A stretch of 64,000 nt of DNA from Vicugna vicugna. Its lineage: Eukaryota. Location of the stretch: positions 903,986 to 967,985 of the forward strand of contig MU058045.1 of NCBI GenBank assembly GCA_013265495.1, read 5' to 3'. The first letter of the stretch is position 1. Each line of letters starts with the position of its first letter. Below the pieces are notes generated by a model, which saw only the letters and a program-made list of their open reading frames with translations, ran no database searches and was not told the DNA's origin. Below, piece after piece: positions 11,658 through 25,249 of the stretch. The translations under genes and the position numbers were made by a program.

Positions 11658-12063
11658 TTTTTTTTTTTTAATGAAAGTATTGTCAGTTTACAGTGGGTTA
11701 ATTTCTGGTGCACAGCATAATGTTTGTCATACATATACACATATATATTCCTTTTCATATTCATTATGATTATAGGTTACTGCAAGATATTGGATATAGT
11801 TCCCTGTGCTATAAGGAAGAAATTTGTTTATCTGTTTTATATATGGTAGTTAGTGTTCGCAAATCTTGAATTCCCAATTTATTCCTTCCCACCCCTTCCC
11901 CTCCGGGGACCATAAGTTTGTTTACTATGTCTGTGAGTCTGTTTCTATTTTATAGGTAAGTTCATATGTGTCGTCGTCTTTTTTTTCTTATCTCCAGAAT
12001 CCACATATGAGTGATATCATATGGTATTTTTCTATTTCTTTCTGGCTTGCTTCACTTAGAATG
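11658..12063 (-). mobile_element. 5'-truncated LINE-1 3' UTR / ORF2 end
   Basis: Poly-T then sequence complementary to the L1 at 4678-5173 (tagttccctgtgctata, ctatgtctgtgagtctg, ccacatatgagtgatatcatatggtatt, cttcacttagaatg). Confidence 0.9.
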
Positions 12064-15000
12064 GCAGCAAGTCACTTTTATTTTAAGTGTTTTATTTTTG
12101 ACTAATTTTCACTTTATAGAGTAGTTGTAAAAATAATACAATTTCCTTATATGCCTCACTCCATTTTCTCTAATATAACATCTTACCACTTTTTTCCTTA
12201 GACTGTATTTGTGCGATTTTTAACTCAGTCCTTAACTGAGGACTGAATCCTCTGTTATTACTGTTTGAACTTATTTAATGTTTTCTTGAATAAGACAAAG
12301 ATGTTTTGCCTTTAGACTCTTGGGTTACATATACTTGTGTTCTTTTATAGATCATCCACGCCACTCTTAACACAGTGGCCGCCAGCATTTTTAAATCATG
12401 CATCATATTACTAACAATTACGAGCATCTCTCTAAAATTTTTTTAATACTCACATTTATAAAATTATATATTCTTCTGTTCCCCATATGGCTCCAAAATA
12501 TTAGAAATTAGAAAAAGTTGAGATTAAAAAAATAAATGCAGCATATTAATAGAAGTTTTAATGTTTCCTTTCTACATTCTGATGAATCTTGTTCACCCCC
12601 AATTTGTAGATTATTGGCTTAAGTTACTGTCCTGGCTTAAATGTCTCCCTCCTTCCCCGACAGAAATTGGACCCAGCGAGGAAGCGATGCTGTTGTGTAT
12701 ATTGTTTTAACGTTGATTATCTGGGACTGTGTAACGAAGGAATTTTCTTATGTGTGATTTGGAAATGGCTGAACTGTTTAACTTGAACAAGCTAAACCGA
12801 GTTCACTTGAGAACTTTGTGATTAATAAGGTAGAACTATTTTTCTTAAAGCAAAGCTACGGATTAAGCTTTTCTTAGGGTTAAGAGAACATTCATCTTAC
12901 ACCCAGGGATTTCAGTGCCTTTATCCTGGAACAAATGCTTTTTTCAGCTCTAGACACAGTATGAAAAATAAGACTCTTTGCAAGGTGCTTGGGAAAGTTC
13001 TAAGTAGCTCCCAAGTGGGGAGGCCTTTGTTCTGGAGGAAGAGGCCTAACTTCAGGGGTTAATCGGAGAGACATTGGGACCATCATTCACTGCTGGTGTG
13101 GGTCAGTGAGAAGAGTTCACATCTGGGTGTTACTGACCACCAAGCCCTTTCTTGTGGTCCTTTCAGAAGTGATATATTGTTAAGCATCCCAAGAGCAAAA
13201 CCTCTAGTGTGGATTTATTGGGGGGAAATGCTCCTTGTCCATATGATAAAGTTATATATTTATTTTCTTTGAAATTCAGGTAGGTAACAATTAAAGGCTT
13301 TGTGGTCAATATTTGAAGAAATAACACCAGCAAGTAATGCTAGCTTAAAAGTGTTTAAGTTTGCACATAACACAGTGCCTGGCATATTATTTGCTGGCTG
13401 CCTGGTTGAGTGAATCAGCTTAGATTTTTACAAGGTTGAGTGGTATAGTATTGTAATACTGAGTTGGGCAAGCATGTGAACATCACACAACTTTTGCTTT
13501 GTAAGTGTTTATTAAACTGTGCATACGAGTCAATTGCTTTTCTCTTCATGTGTTGCATTTCATGATAAAAATGTTTTTAAATGTTTGAGGGAAAAAATGT
13601 AATGAAGTAAATACCCTACATGGACTTTGTTTCCTTTAGAGGTTTCTGGTAATATGCTTAAATTTCCCTTGTCAAGTTGAAGCATAAACATTAAAGTGTT
13701 TGCTTGTCAACACAAGGAATTTGGTAATTAATTTATATTTAGAAAACCCTTTCCAATTTCAAACGTTTTAGGGAACAAGGTTTCCAAGTGTATCTTGCTA
13801 ACAGCCAGGAACAGCTGCATTTATGCATAGTTTTCAAACGGTTTCTCTGTGACATCTGTAAAAATAGACAACCTCAGTAACTAAGCGTGCGGTGATTGCA
13901 GGGCACGTAACAGCATTTTATGATGCGTGGGAACCAGAGCCCCCCTGTCGCTGGACAGCGTGCCGATTTGTGCAGAAATCCTTTCTTGACTCACACCTGA
14001 ATTCTAATTTGACATTTGTTAAATCAACGGTAAGGGTGGAAACTTCCATTTTAGCAAGAAGTGTAAAATATGTGGCTTGATTTTTGTTTCCACATGCTTC
14101 AGCTAGACAGTAAAGCTGATTTCTTATCAGTAGACCTGATAGTTAACAAATCGGTAATAAACAGCGATGGCTTAGCTGGCAGTGTTGTTGTGACCATTAG
14201 TAGTCAGAAATAAAAGAGAAGTTCAGAGCCTGTGCCGTCCGTGCAAGCGTGGACCAGAATCGGAGGTGTTTGGGTGGGATGGGGGGCGGGGAGCAACACC
14301 TGCACACCAACCGCTTGGGTCTGTTCTCTTGCCAAAGGGTTTTTGGATTTCTTTCACTCCAGTTCCGTTTCTCCCTCCCCCTGCCCCAATCCTTTTCGTG
14401 TTTACGATTCACAGGAAAAGACAAGATCAGCCCTTTAAAAGTCAGCTAGTTAATTAGGAGTGATCACGGAACAGTTTCTCAGATGTTCTGATTAAATGTG
14501 GCAAAGGAGATTTTCTTTGACTCTTACGCAGACTTTCTTAGTTTTTGCTAATAAAAAGCATTCACTGGAGAGAAACCACGGACCTGAGTCCCTCCCCTCG
14601 CCCCAGTACTTCCAATTAGGGAATCTATTATCTCATTCTAGATAATTGGAAAAGGATATTCAAAATACTGCTTCGGGTAAATACGGCTTTTGCCTGCATT
14701 CTATTACGAGGAGTTTTGAACACATCTGGAGGGGAGGCGGCCCCAGGGACATTGAAGTGCGCTGTTTGGGTTGGCACGGTGACATTATAGTATATGCCAA
14801 TTTGTAATGGCTTTTGGAAACAGGCAGTTTTAAACTCTCCCTGAACTATTCCCCCGAGAAATTATTCAATTAAGTACAACTAAAATTAATGTTTAGCATT
14901 TTTTGTTTAAATAAAAGAGGCAGCTATAAAGGGAAATCTGTGGTTCATGCTTGCGCTCTTGTTTGGGTCTGAAGTCAGGCTCCTAAGAAGTAACTGAATG

Positions 15001-15199
15001 TCCTGGATTCAGTGCGTTTTCTGGAAAAGACGTAGTTGCCGGCTCCTCCTTACCTCTTTCGCACCGTGCACTTGTCTCTGTGGCTGTCTCGGCGGTTTTA
15101 GACCCCAGGGTGGTTGTCTGGCCTCCACCCCTTCCAGCACCAGCTGGGGAGCCACGGGGAACACACAACCGAAAGGACTCCTTTCTCCCTCTTCTTAGT

Positions 15200-15346
15200 C
15201 ACTGCTTCTCCAGCTCTAAGTGGGCATAAGTATCACCTGGGGGGTTTGAGTCATTAGTTGTGAGGTGGGGCCTGAGATTCTGCATGTCTAACAAGCTCCC
15301 AGGGGACGCCCTGGCTGCTGGCCCGAGGACCACACTTGGAGTGGCA
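15200..15346. mobile_element. MER5A-like hAT element
   Basis: atcacctgggggg...ggtggggcctgagattctgcatgtctaacaagctcccagggga...ctgctggcccgaggaccacacttggagt. Confidence 0.8.
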
Positions 15347-16945
15347 TGTTCTGAGCGGGCGTGGGGTGTGTACTGGGGGTGGGGCACCTGGACTTGACTC
15401 TGGTTTCTGATCTGTGGCTTGGCCCTGCGTGCCTCCAGGTAGGTGTGACTCTTTTCTTCGTGGTGTGTTTCTCAGAGTCCCTGATTCTCGTGGACCTTCC
15501 TCGGGCCCCGCCGTGGACTGTTCTGGGAGCTAGGACACACTTCCAGTTGTCTCATCACAGGGGTTAAGGGTTTCTGTTGTTTTGTCACGTTTCTCCCTGA
15601 ACTCCAGACACATTGTCTACCTTGTTTTCTCCGGCCCGTCTTTCTGCAGCCATGTTATGAAGAAGAGGAAAAAGTTAACCTCATGTTCTTTAGTCTCTAT
15701 TCTTAAACATGCAGGCCAGAGCCCTGGTGAGTGAAGGGAGGTATGAGTGAATAAGTGTGGCTTTGTGGGTTTTAACCAAGTGTCATTACTTTCAGGGTTT
15801 GGCCCCTCAGCTTGGAGGTCCAAGACTTTGATGGTCAGCTTTCAAGGGTGGTCTGATTGGGACATGGTTAAAATCCATACCAGGTGAAATCTCCTAAAAG
15901 GCTGTTTCATAAGCCAGAGTGGTTCTATATCCACACGAGAGGCTGTTCCAGAAAGACTACAGTATTTACGTCTCCTGGATGGACTGTTCCCTCCTTGGTA
16001 CGGAGCTCTCTTTTATAGTGTGACCTGTGAAGTAGATAAGGACTGTGACATCCTGGGAGTGGCCACCACTTCTATACCCTCCTGCTAGCCCTACCGCAGA
16101 TGGAGTCCGGAGCGCTGTTTCCTCCGCTCTGTATGGTGTCCACGAGAAATTTCTCACTCTTTTTTAACCTTAAAGCTCTCCCTCTTTCAGTCCGCCCTTT
16201 GTTTCTATCTCAATAACTCTCTTTGTAGAACACAGCTCTGATCCTGTCCCTTGCCTGCTGAGACCATTAGGTGGTCCTTTATCGCCTAAGCCGTGTTTCT
16301 AAGACCTCCATACATTTCGTCATATTCACCTGTAGTGTTTTTCACTTCAGGGTCTTCTTTGGACTTACCTTTTAAATTAAGTTTTTATTTTTATCAAAAT
16401 AATACATTTTGATTAAAAAATCAGACAGAATGAGAAGACTTAGAAGAAGCAGGAGTTTTCCGCATCAGCCCTCCTCGCCCCAGTCCTGCGCCCCAGGACA
16501 AGTGCTTCTAACTCTCTTAGCGTTTTGTGTGTCGCTATCTCTGGTGCAGTGTCTGTATTTCAGAGTAACGCGCTCCTCTTTCTTAATGTTTTCAATCTTA
16601 GGCCCTGTGGACTTCCTCCTAAGGAAGCTATTAATCTAACCCACAGCAATCCTGTGCGCACGCTCCCCTGCTCCCCCACTGCACACGCATTTTAGTAAAG
16701 TCAGCATTTATGGGATCATGACCACGTCAGTGTTGTTCATGGTCGAGCCACAGTGTGTGCTCGAATTAGATTTTATTTCGTTACACTCTTTTCCTCCAAA
16801 GTCAGCAATAGGCTCTTTCTTATTTGTCAATTTGCTGAGTTATCCATATTGACACTTTCTCACCTCCCCCTCCCACCTGCCCCCGCCCCATACCTCTAAC
16901 AGAACTGTGAAATTCCTTTTAATACAGGCAAACTCTGTCAGTAGC

Positions 16946-17276
16946 TTTCTGAGTCTGTTCCAGCTGCTGTAACGAAACAGCACAGACGGGGAGGCTTACA
17001 AACAACAGAAATGTGCTTCTCAGCGTTCTGGAGGCTGGAAGTCTGGGGTCAGGGTACCAGCCGCGGATTGCAGGCTTCTTGTCGTGTGCTCCTGTGCGGA
17101 AGGGCCTGGGGAGCTCTGTGGGGTCTGTTTTATGAGGCACTGATCCCTGCGTGTGAGGATCCACCCTCCCCGCTTGAACGTCTCCCGAAGGCCCTACCTC
17201 CTAACACCATCCCCTTGGGGGTTAGGATTTCAGCCTGTGAATGGTGGGGGGGACACGGCCGTTCAGACCTGAGCAG
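16946..17276 (-). mobile_element. MLT1 (MaLR) solo LTR, MLT1A-like
   Basis: gctgctgtaacgaaacagcacagac...aaacaacagaaat...ttctggaggctggaagtc...cctaacaccatccccttgggggttaggatttca. Confidence 0.85.
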
Positions 17277-17399
17277 TGGCCTGCCTGTTGTGTCCTTGGA
17301 TCCGAGTCCTGCATCTCCCTGCTCTACGTGGCTGGCTGCGCTCAGGAACTCGGTGCCCTTCTCTCTCTTTGACGTGTGTTCCGTGTTCCCTCCCTGCCC

Positions 17400-18420
17400 G
17401 CCGCTTTCTGTCGGAGCTCTTTCTCCAGGAACTTCCAAGAAAGGGTACACAAGGGGTTAAAAAAAATTAAGACCTTCTACATTTGAAAATCACTTTATTC
17501 TCCCTTCACGTCTGACTGAAAGAATGACTTCGTCCTCCGTTGGAGTTTGTTCTCACAGAATTTTGAAGGCCTCCCTCCCGCAGCTTCCAGCCTTCAGCGT
17601 TGCTGTGGAAAGATCTGCCTGAGTTCCATTGTCTGTGGACTATTATTTCCTTCTCCCATCTGTCTGAAAGCTTTTAGAATCTTTTTGTCTACAGTGTTCC
17701 GAATTTTTTTCCCCAGTCGTTACTCTGAGCACTTGGTACTGACTTTTCATCTGGGAACTTGTCCTTCAATTCTGGGAACCTTCCTTGTATTGTTTCGTCA
17801 TTTTTTCCTCCACATGAGTTTTCTTCTCTCTGTCTGTTGTTTCTCTTGTTGGTATGGGCCTCCAGAATTAATCCTCCATTGAATTAAAATGTTTTCTCTC
17901 TTATTTTTCATTGCCTTATCTTCCTGCTTGATTACTTAAGTGATGTCCTCAGCCCTGTATTCCTTCCAACTTTACCCCTCTCTCGCTCTCTCACTGCCCT
18001 ATCGTTTTTAAAAGTTTTCTTACCTTTTCATTTTGAAATAATTACCAGTTCACAGGAAGTTGTAATAACAGGACAGAGGTCCCATGTCCCCTTCACCCAG
18101 TTTCTCTCAACAGTTACAGCTTATGTGATGATGGGGCAATCACCAGTGTAAATTCGTGTAACCATTATCACAACCAAGAATCAAAACTATTATTGCTGTT
18201 CTAATTTCTGACAATCCTTTCTTGTTATCTGAAAGTTCCGATTTTACCTTGTTTGCTACCGTTTTGTGGGTGTACTGTCTTATCTCTCTAGGGTGTGTGC
18301 GTGTGTGTGTTTCTTTTGCTCCAAAAAAGACTTGTTTTAGAATCTTTTTTTCAAATGTCACTTCATTCTAAATGCTCATATTTAAAAGTGAGGCACCCAG
18401 AGTTGATCGGAAAGACTTTT
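17400..18420 (-). mobile_element. Degenerate old LINE-1 (L1ME/L1MC-type) fragments
   Basis: T-rich sequence with L1 ORF1-like remnants (17470-17620) and an L1MC-like 3' end (ttttgaaataatt...cacaggaagttg...ccttcacccagttt, about 18030-18120). Confidence 0.5.
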
Positions 18421-18783
18421 TGTTGTCTGAAGTTTCACTGGTGGGCCTCACGCTAGAGCTGCGGCAGAGGGACCCAACCATTTCATTATCATCAAATAGC
18501 AGAGTATTTCCATCTTTTCTCTTGGGCTGGCCTGTTTCTAGAAAATGACCCTCCAGGCTCCTCTTAGGGGGCATCTGCAGCCAGAGCTCTGGATGCTGCC
18601 TGGAAAGAGATTCAGGGAGGAGGGGGGTGAGCTGCGGCTCACATCTTAATAGGCACACTTTTATTTAGTACTCTCTTTACTGCACCACACCTACTTCCTC
18701 AGCAATGCCCTGCGTCCTGGGCACAGAGCTCTCCAAATGGGACTCCAACCTCCCTGGAGAAGGTGAGGGCTTCTCCACAGCCT

Positions 18784-18823
18784 GCTGGATGCAGAGGGAG
18801 CCCGCTGGATGCAGAGGGAGCCC
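18784..18823 (+). repeat. Perfect 2 x 20-bp tandem repeat
   Basis: gctggatgcagagggagccc twice, followed by a partial third unit (actgg). Confidence 0.95.
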
Positions 18824-21149
18824 ACTGGTTGCAGGAGCTGGTCCACAGAAAGCACTGCTCTTGAGGCCAGTAGACCGAGGAACCACAGTGAAGCTTGGGG
18901 AGCAGGAAACACCCCTTGGGCTGAAGGCAGACCGAGATTGGTGGGTGGACATTCGGGGGGAGTCTGGGCATTGGGAGTGGCTTGCTGGCAGGATGGTGTG
19001 TGGTGTCCACGTCAGGAGGCCAAGGCAAAGCGGTCACCAGGCTGGGGCTCTGAGCTCACTGAGGGGTCGTTGGCCCTGGGCTCACAGCTGGGACCCAGCA
19101 TCACTGGATGTGGTCCGTATCCATAGTCACGGGGACAGGTGCAGCAGGAGGGAAAAAATCACTAGCACGCCGGGTCCTAGAGTGGCCCTTTCCTCTGGCT
19201 TTGTCCCTCCAGCGCCCTCTACCTATAAGGCTTAACCTCAAGCTCTCAAGCTCACTGCAAAGGAGAGATGCTTAGAGTTCAGCCCGCCAGCGTGGAGTCC
19301 AGTGACTCTGGAACTGAGAGGCAGTGAATTGGTAACTGGCATAGAGGGATAAAATATAATGCAAAGTATCAATCTGTTGATATGCTTTATAAAATTGGGA
19401 TGCTTTCAAGTCAACAGTTCTTTAATTAATGGGACCCTCCCCACCCCACCCCCATTTTTATTGTACTGTGCTTCATATAGTGCTTTGCATTTGGATTTCT
19501 TTTCTATACTTGGAGAGTTTAAAAATCCATATACTCAGATAGCCTTTGCTCCACAGCAAAGATTCATGAGTGGACTGTGGCTTCAGGAGACCTGTCTGTA
19601 GATACCTGCCTTGGGCCTCTGCACCCCCTTTTAAGACTGGAGAAGCACCCCTCAGATATGTCTGAAGTGTGAAAGCTGCTTGGAATAAAGAAAGCTAGCT
19701 TTTCTGCAGAGGAAGAATGCTCTCTTCTGAAATGGAGAAATGTTTCTTCTCCAAGTATTTGGGCTTTTTGTTTTTTTGTTTTTGTGCAAGAGTGCATGGT
19801 TAGCGTCAACTTTCTGACTGATAGATGTCATGGTGCTGACTCTCTCAGAACCTGTGTCTCAACCGGCTCTCTGGGCTTCATCAGACGTCTTCTGTAAGGA
19901 GGGAAAATCCCGAGAAATCAAGGTGATGTTCCTCTGGAATGGGAAAAATGCAGACTGTGTTTAGTCTGGATGTCTACGTAGACCTGAAATTCGAGACATC
20001 AGAGGCACGGGCTACCAAGGAAAGCCTTGGAACTGAAATCCCGAGACCCATCTTTGTGCCCTAGTACTTACTCGTGGGGTAACTTGGACAAGTTACATAA
20101 TCTGAGTGGGCCTGCTTTGACATCTGTTAAATACTCTGGAGTTCCCCTGTCTACCTTGCAGGATTGTCAGGCGGGCCAGATGAGATAGTAGATGGTTATA
20201 GTGCTTTGAGACTGTATTACCACAGTTGTAAGTATTTTTAAAGCTCTTCATTTGTATGAAATCAGATTGAAACACGGAATGTAAACCCTGACTTAGAAAT
20301 AATGCCATTTTACGGATTTCATAAAAAGCTAGTCTGTTTGGTTGAGTTCTTAGAGTCAGAACTCAGAAATAATGTCCAAGATGTTCTCCATTCTGAATGT
20401 TTTCTCTTTGGATTTATATATTAATGTTTTGTTTTAACTATGTTATAAGAATATGAAGATGCTCTAAATATTCAGTGGCTGGGGCAGATACGGAAATGCA
20501 AGGCTGTGTTCTGTTAGCATTTTTGAGCCCCAGAGGAAAAGTAATTCCTCAGGCAGATCCTGTTGGATTTGAGATGGAGGCTGTTTCTCAAATGGAGCAA
20601 AAATCTAATCATTTGTGTCCAGATATTTCATGCAAGACTGTCTAGAAGCTTAGGTGATAAAATGGAGGTCTATAAAAATTGTCCAGGATTTTCTGTGATC
20701 ACTTGTGAGAGGGGCAGTGTTGACAGTGCCCTTGGCTCACAATGGGAGGTGATATTCTTGACCAGAGTCGTGGCATTTGATGATCCTGATTATGAGCAAG
20801 ATACAGCATCACAACAAGTAACACCCGTGCGTTTCTGTAACAATTACAAATAAGATTACATTTTTAGTTTTATGGCATTTAAATAATGTCACTGACTATG
20901 CCAAAAGCCGTATTACTACAATGTCCGTACACAGCATATAAATTAAAACACTCAACTGGATCATGGATTCAGCGTAATAAGCTAATATGTTCATTGTATT
21001 GAATAATAAGCATTGACTTAATAATTTAGAAGATATTTATAGGGGAAACTTGAATGATCTCATCTTCAAAGAAAGCAAAACAGAACAGATACGGCAGTCT
21101 CAGAATGTTGGGTCTGACGTCCCCCTTTGCCTTTCTGAATGTTATGATG

Positions 21150-21292
21150 GAAAAGCCCCTGGAATCGGACGGATTGCAGTTCAGACCAGCTTTGCCGCTT
21201 ACCAGCTGTGTAGCTTTGAACAAACCACTTAACCTCTTTGAGCTTTGCCTCTAGGAACACTTGCCTCATGAGGTTGTCCTACGGATTTACAG
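21150..21292 (+). mobile_element. MIR fragment
   Basis: cctggaatcggacgg...ctttgccgcttaccagctgtgtagctttgaacaaaccacttaacctctttgagcttt (MIR core). Confidence 0.65.
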
Positions 21293-21690
21293 AAATAGTA
21301 CTTTGTTCTCAGGAGCCACTCGAGAATTCGTACCTTCCCTTAATGTGTTCTCACTCTTGCATGTAAGTAAGGATCCTACGAAAATGGAAAAGGAAAAAAA
21401 AGACCTGCTGACACTCTTATGGGACCTGAGGTCCGTGTGGATATGCTTGGTGGAGACTCAGCTGGCCACATGTGTGCATCTGTTTCTGGACTCTGTTCTG
21501 TTCCATTGTTCTTGTGTCCATGCCAGACTCTCTTGATTGCTTGAAATCAGATCTCCTGACTTTTCCAACTCTGGATTCCCCCTACCCTAAACACTGATTA
21601 AACGTGGTGGGACTAATGACATCTCTGCCTTGTTCCTGATCTTAGGGGAAAGTATTTAATGTGTCCTCTTTAAATATGATGCTAGCTGCT

Positions 21691-21819
21691 GGTTTTGTTT
21701 TGTTTTTAATTTTTTTTTTGCCCCCTCTCTTTTTTTTTTTTTAACGGAGGTGCTGGGGATTGAACCCAGGACCTCGTGCATGCTAAGCATGTGCTCTACT
21801 GCTGAGCTGTACCCTCCCC
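21691..21819 (-). mobile_element. tRNA-Ala-derived SINE
   Basis: T-rich tail then ggaggtgctggggattgaacccaggacctcgtgcatgctaagcatgtgctctactgctgagctgtaccctcccc. Confidence 0.9.
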
Positions 21820-21824
21820 ACCAT

Positions 21825-23710
21825 TGTTTTTTTTTTTAATACTAGACTTTAGAACAGTTTCAGATTTACCAGAAAGTGAAAAAGGGTTCCCATATACCCC
21901 ACACCTAGTTTCACCTACATCTTATATTAGCATGGTATTTTTTTTACATTTAATAAACCTGTATTGATATGTACTTGAGTCCACAGTTTATTCTGATTTC
22001 TTAGTTTTTGCGTGACGTCCTTTCTCTGTTCTAGAATATCACCCAGGATACCCCGATACATTTAACTGTCCTGTCTCCACGCTCCTCTCGGCTGTGGCAG
22101 TCCCTCAGACTCCTTGCTTTTGATGATGATAGCAGTTCGGAGGGATACTGGCCAGGTGTTTTGTAAGATACTACACAGCTAGACCTTGTCTGATGCTTTT
22201 CTCACGATAAGACTAGAATTACAAGTTATTAGGAGGAAGAACACAGAGGAAAAGTGCCATTTTTATCGTTTCATATCAAAAGTACATTCTGTCCATGTGA
22301 TTTCTGACCATTAATGTTAACCTTGATCACCTGGCAGAGGTGGTGTCTGTTGGGCTTCTCCCCTGGGAAGTTACTCCTTCCCCTTCCTTTATTTCCCCAG
22401 TCTCCTCCTCGGAAGGGGGTCAGTACATGCTGCCCACACCTGAGGAGCGAGGGGTTCTAGTCTCCCCCCGCCCCCGGCTTTGAAGACGGAGTATCTCCAT
22501 GAACTATTTGGAATTTCTCGTGGGAGACTGGCTCTTCCCCCTCATTTAGGAACTTACTCCATCTTCTATTCAGTGTTCATATCAGTCTAAACTGATGCTT
22601 ACACGTGATGTTGCAAAGCACATGGAGATTTATCGTGCGTATTGTTTCACACTTTTGGCTACTTTATTTCTTCTGTTGCTCAAATTTTTCCAGCTTTGGC
22701 CTCAGGACTTCTGTCGGCTGGCTCCTGCTCTCCCTTGGCGTGGCCCCATGGATGAGGTTTTTGTTATTTGTTTGTTTCAAGTACTTCCTTAGTTTCTGGT
22801 ACTGCCAGGTACTTCAGATACACAAGATGAGTATTTCCTGCCCCATTCTGAGAGTCATCTGTTTGTTTTTACTGGAGAACAGTGTTAGAACCAAGATTGG
22901 GGTGCTGAGTGTGCTTGTTGCTACCAGGGTATTGCTTTTTTTTTTTTTAACGCCTTCTCAGTTGACAGCATGTAAATGCATGTGTGTTTGCTGATCTGTG
23001 TATATACACGTGCCTGTGTGCAACCATTTTTATCTGTATTAAGGCAAACATGAGTTCACACTGACGTCTCTCACTCTCACTCGTTATCACATGGATTGTC
23101 CCAGCCTCTCCTTCTAGCTTGTCTATAAGTGTCCACTCCCACAGCGAGACTCTGGCTCTCTCCATCCGTCATCCATGCCCTTAGTTGTTCGGGTCTGTGT
23201 ATATATAGAAGCAATATTGGAATTAACTTGTACCTCCATGGAAAACCTCTTTATCAACTAGAATTCTATAGAATTTGCCTTTGATCTTCCACTCATTTCC
23301 AGGGTAACTCAGGTCAGCACCTTGTCTTTCCACCCCTTTCAGTGGTGGGGTTTTACACATTGATGTACAGCTGGGTGCTCACATCACAGTCTGCGCTCCT
23401 TCCTGGAATCCCCAGCTTCCTAAGTGATTTTTTTTTTAACATTTACATTCATCAAGATTCACTCTTTGGGCTGTAAAATTCTATGGATTTTGACAAAGCA
23501 TAATGTCACATATCTGCCAGTACAGCATCATGCAGAATTTTTTTACTACCCACTCCCCCCGAAATCGCCTGTGCTTCACCTGATTCTGGGTTATCATCCC
23601 TCCCCTCTTCCTCCCAAACTCCTGGTAAACACTGATTAATGTATTCTCTCCATAGTTTTGCCTTTTCCAGAATTTCATATAATTGGATTCGTACAGTACG
23701 TGGCCTTTGT
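21825..23710 (-). mobile_element. Old LINE-1 (L1MC/L1MD-type) long 3' UTR region
   Basis: tttagaacagtttcagatttac...ttcccatataccccac...ggatactggccaggtgttttgtaag...ttttgccttttccagaatttcatataattgga, typical of L1MC/MD 3' ends. Confidence 0.7.
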
Positions 23711-24969
23711 GTGCAGTGCGAGGTGCTAAGAAACATGTTGATTATCTTTAAATCATTCAGTCCGAGCGGAGCACATCGTCCCAGGGCTCCAGCTTTCTAA
23801 AACAACGGGCATCTTGGTCATCACCTTGTTTAGCGAGGGCTCTGATGTGGCTTACTTTTTTTTTTTTTAAGTCAGCTTTTCATTGAAGGGCTAGGAAAGC
23901 CAGTGAGGTGAGTGTTTTTGCACCTGTCGTAGGTTTGTTTCATGCATAAATTAAGGTGAAATATGTTATCCTTCTAGCGTTGTGTCTCCAGATCAGGGCT
24001 GATGGTGGCTGTTCTGTGTCCCTACAGTGATGATGATATTTAAAAATTAAAAGAATGTTCTGGATTAATCAGGGTGACCTCTGTATTGTGTCTTGCCCTG
24101 CAATTCCAGCCCACATTTGTACTTGCGTATGTCATTGTCTCGGATCCCAGTGGTCCTTGGCTGATGAGAAAAGAAGGTGTACTTAATAGGTAGTGATGTA
24201 TTTGCTTCCAAGAGAAGGCCAAAGGCTGTCACTGTGTGCTGTATAAAGGATGTCTCACCACTGGAATAAAGAATAGCAGGCCAGCCCCAGAGGGCCGATA
24301 CTTCAGTCTGTATCACATTCATGTTTGAAGCAGCAATTTACTGTTCACAAAACGAGCTTTATCTGTCAGCGTGAAATTATTGTTGTTAAATAGGATTTTA
24401 GTTTTTATTTTAATATGAATGTGTGTTTGTAGGACTGTGGAATAAAGAGCTATAAACATAAAGAATATATACCTACTTTTTTGTTTATGTTTAAATAATT
24501 TAAGTGGAAAAATTTATTAATACTGAGGAGTGTAGAAGGATTTTTTTTAAATTCCTACCTATGTGCAACTCAAGATTAGAAAACAATGAGTTAGCAGATG
24601 GCAGGTTTTCAGTAGATACTAGTAACTGTTGTTTGGGTTTTGCATCCTATGAGCTGTCAGGAATACACTGGTGTAGTCTGGCCGTCTTCCCTTCCCCACA
24701 CTTTGGGGTGCATTCGGGCCCGCAGCTTCCTCCCCTAGCCTCCCACGCCCAAAGCAGCTCTTGGCACAGGCCACACGGCTGGCGCGACTGCCAGCCCGCA
24801 GACACCGTGTGTGCTGCCCTGGTTCTGCAGTGCTGCCCTCTGGGGCACCGTTCTCTTCGGGGTTTGGGATTTTTCCCCTCCTCCGTGGCTTTTAGTTTTT
24901 GCTCCTCTTCTTCTTTAAATGCTGCTGTTCTCTGACCTTCTCCCTTCACCCATGCCTCTTTTTGTTCAT

Positions 24970-25242
24970 TGTATCTTTTTTAACTTGAAGTTTTAAGTTA
25001 ACACAGCAAAACTGACTGTTTATGTGTGTAATGCTGTGAATTTTAACACATGTATGGATTTGTGTAACCATTGGCACAAACAGGACACAGGGCAGCTCCA
25101 TCACCCCAAAGATCTCCCTTGTGTGGTGCTTTGTCCGTGTACCCTTCCCCCTCCGTAACCCTTGGTGACCACACACTGAGCTTTTCTCCATCAGCATGGT
25201 TTGGTCTTTTGCAGACTATCACATAAATGGAATCATACATAT
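24970..25242 (-). mobile_element. Old LINE-1 (L1MB/ME-type) 3' end
   Basis: tgtgaattttaacacatgtatggatttgtgtaacca...ctccatcaccccaaa...cataaatggaatcataca. Confidence 0.75.
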
Positions 25243-25249
25243 GAACTTA

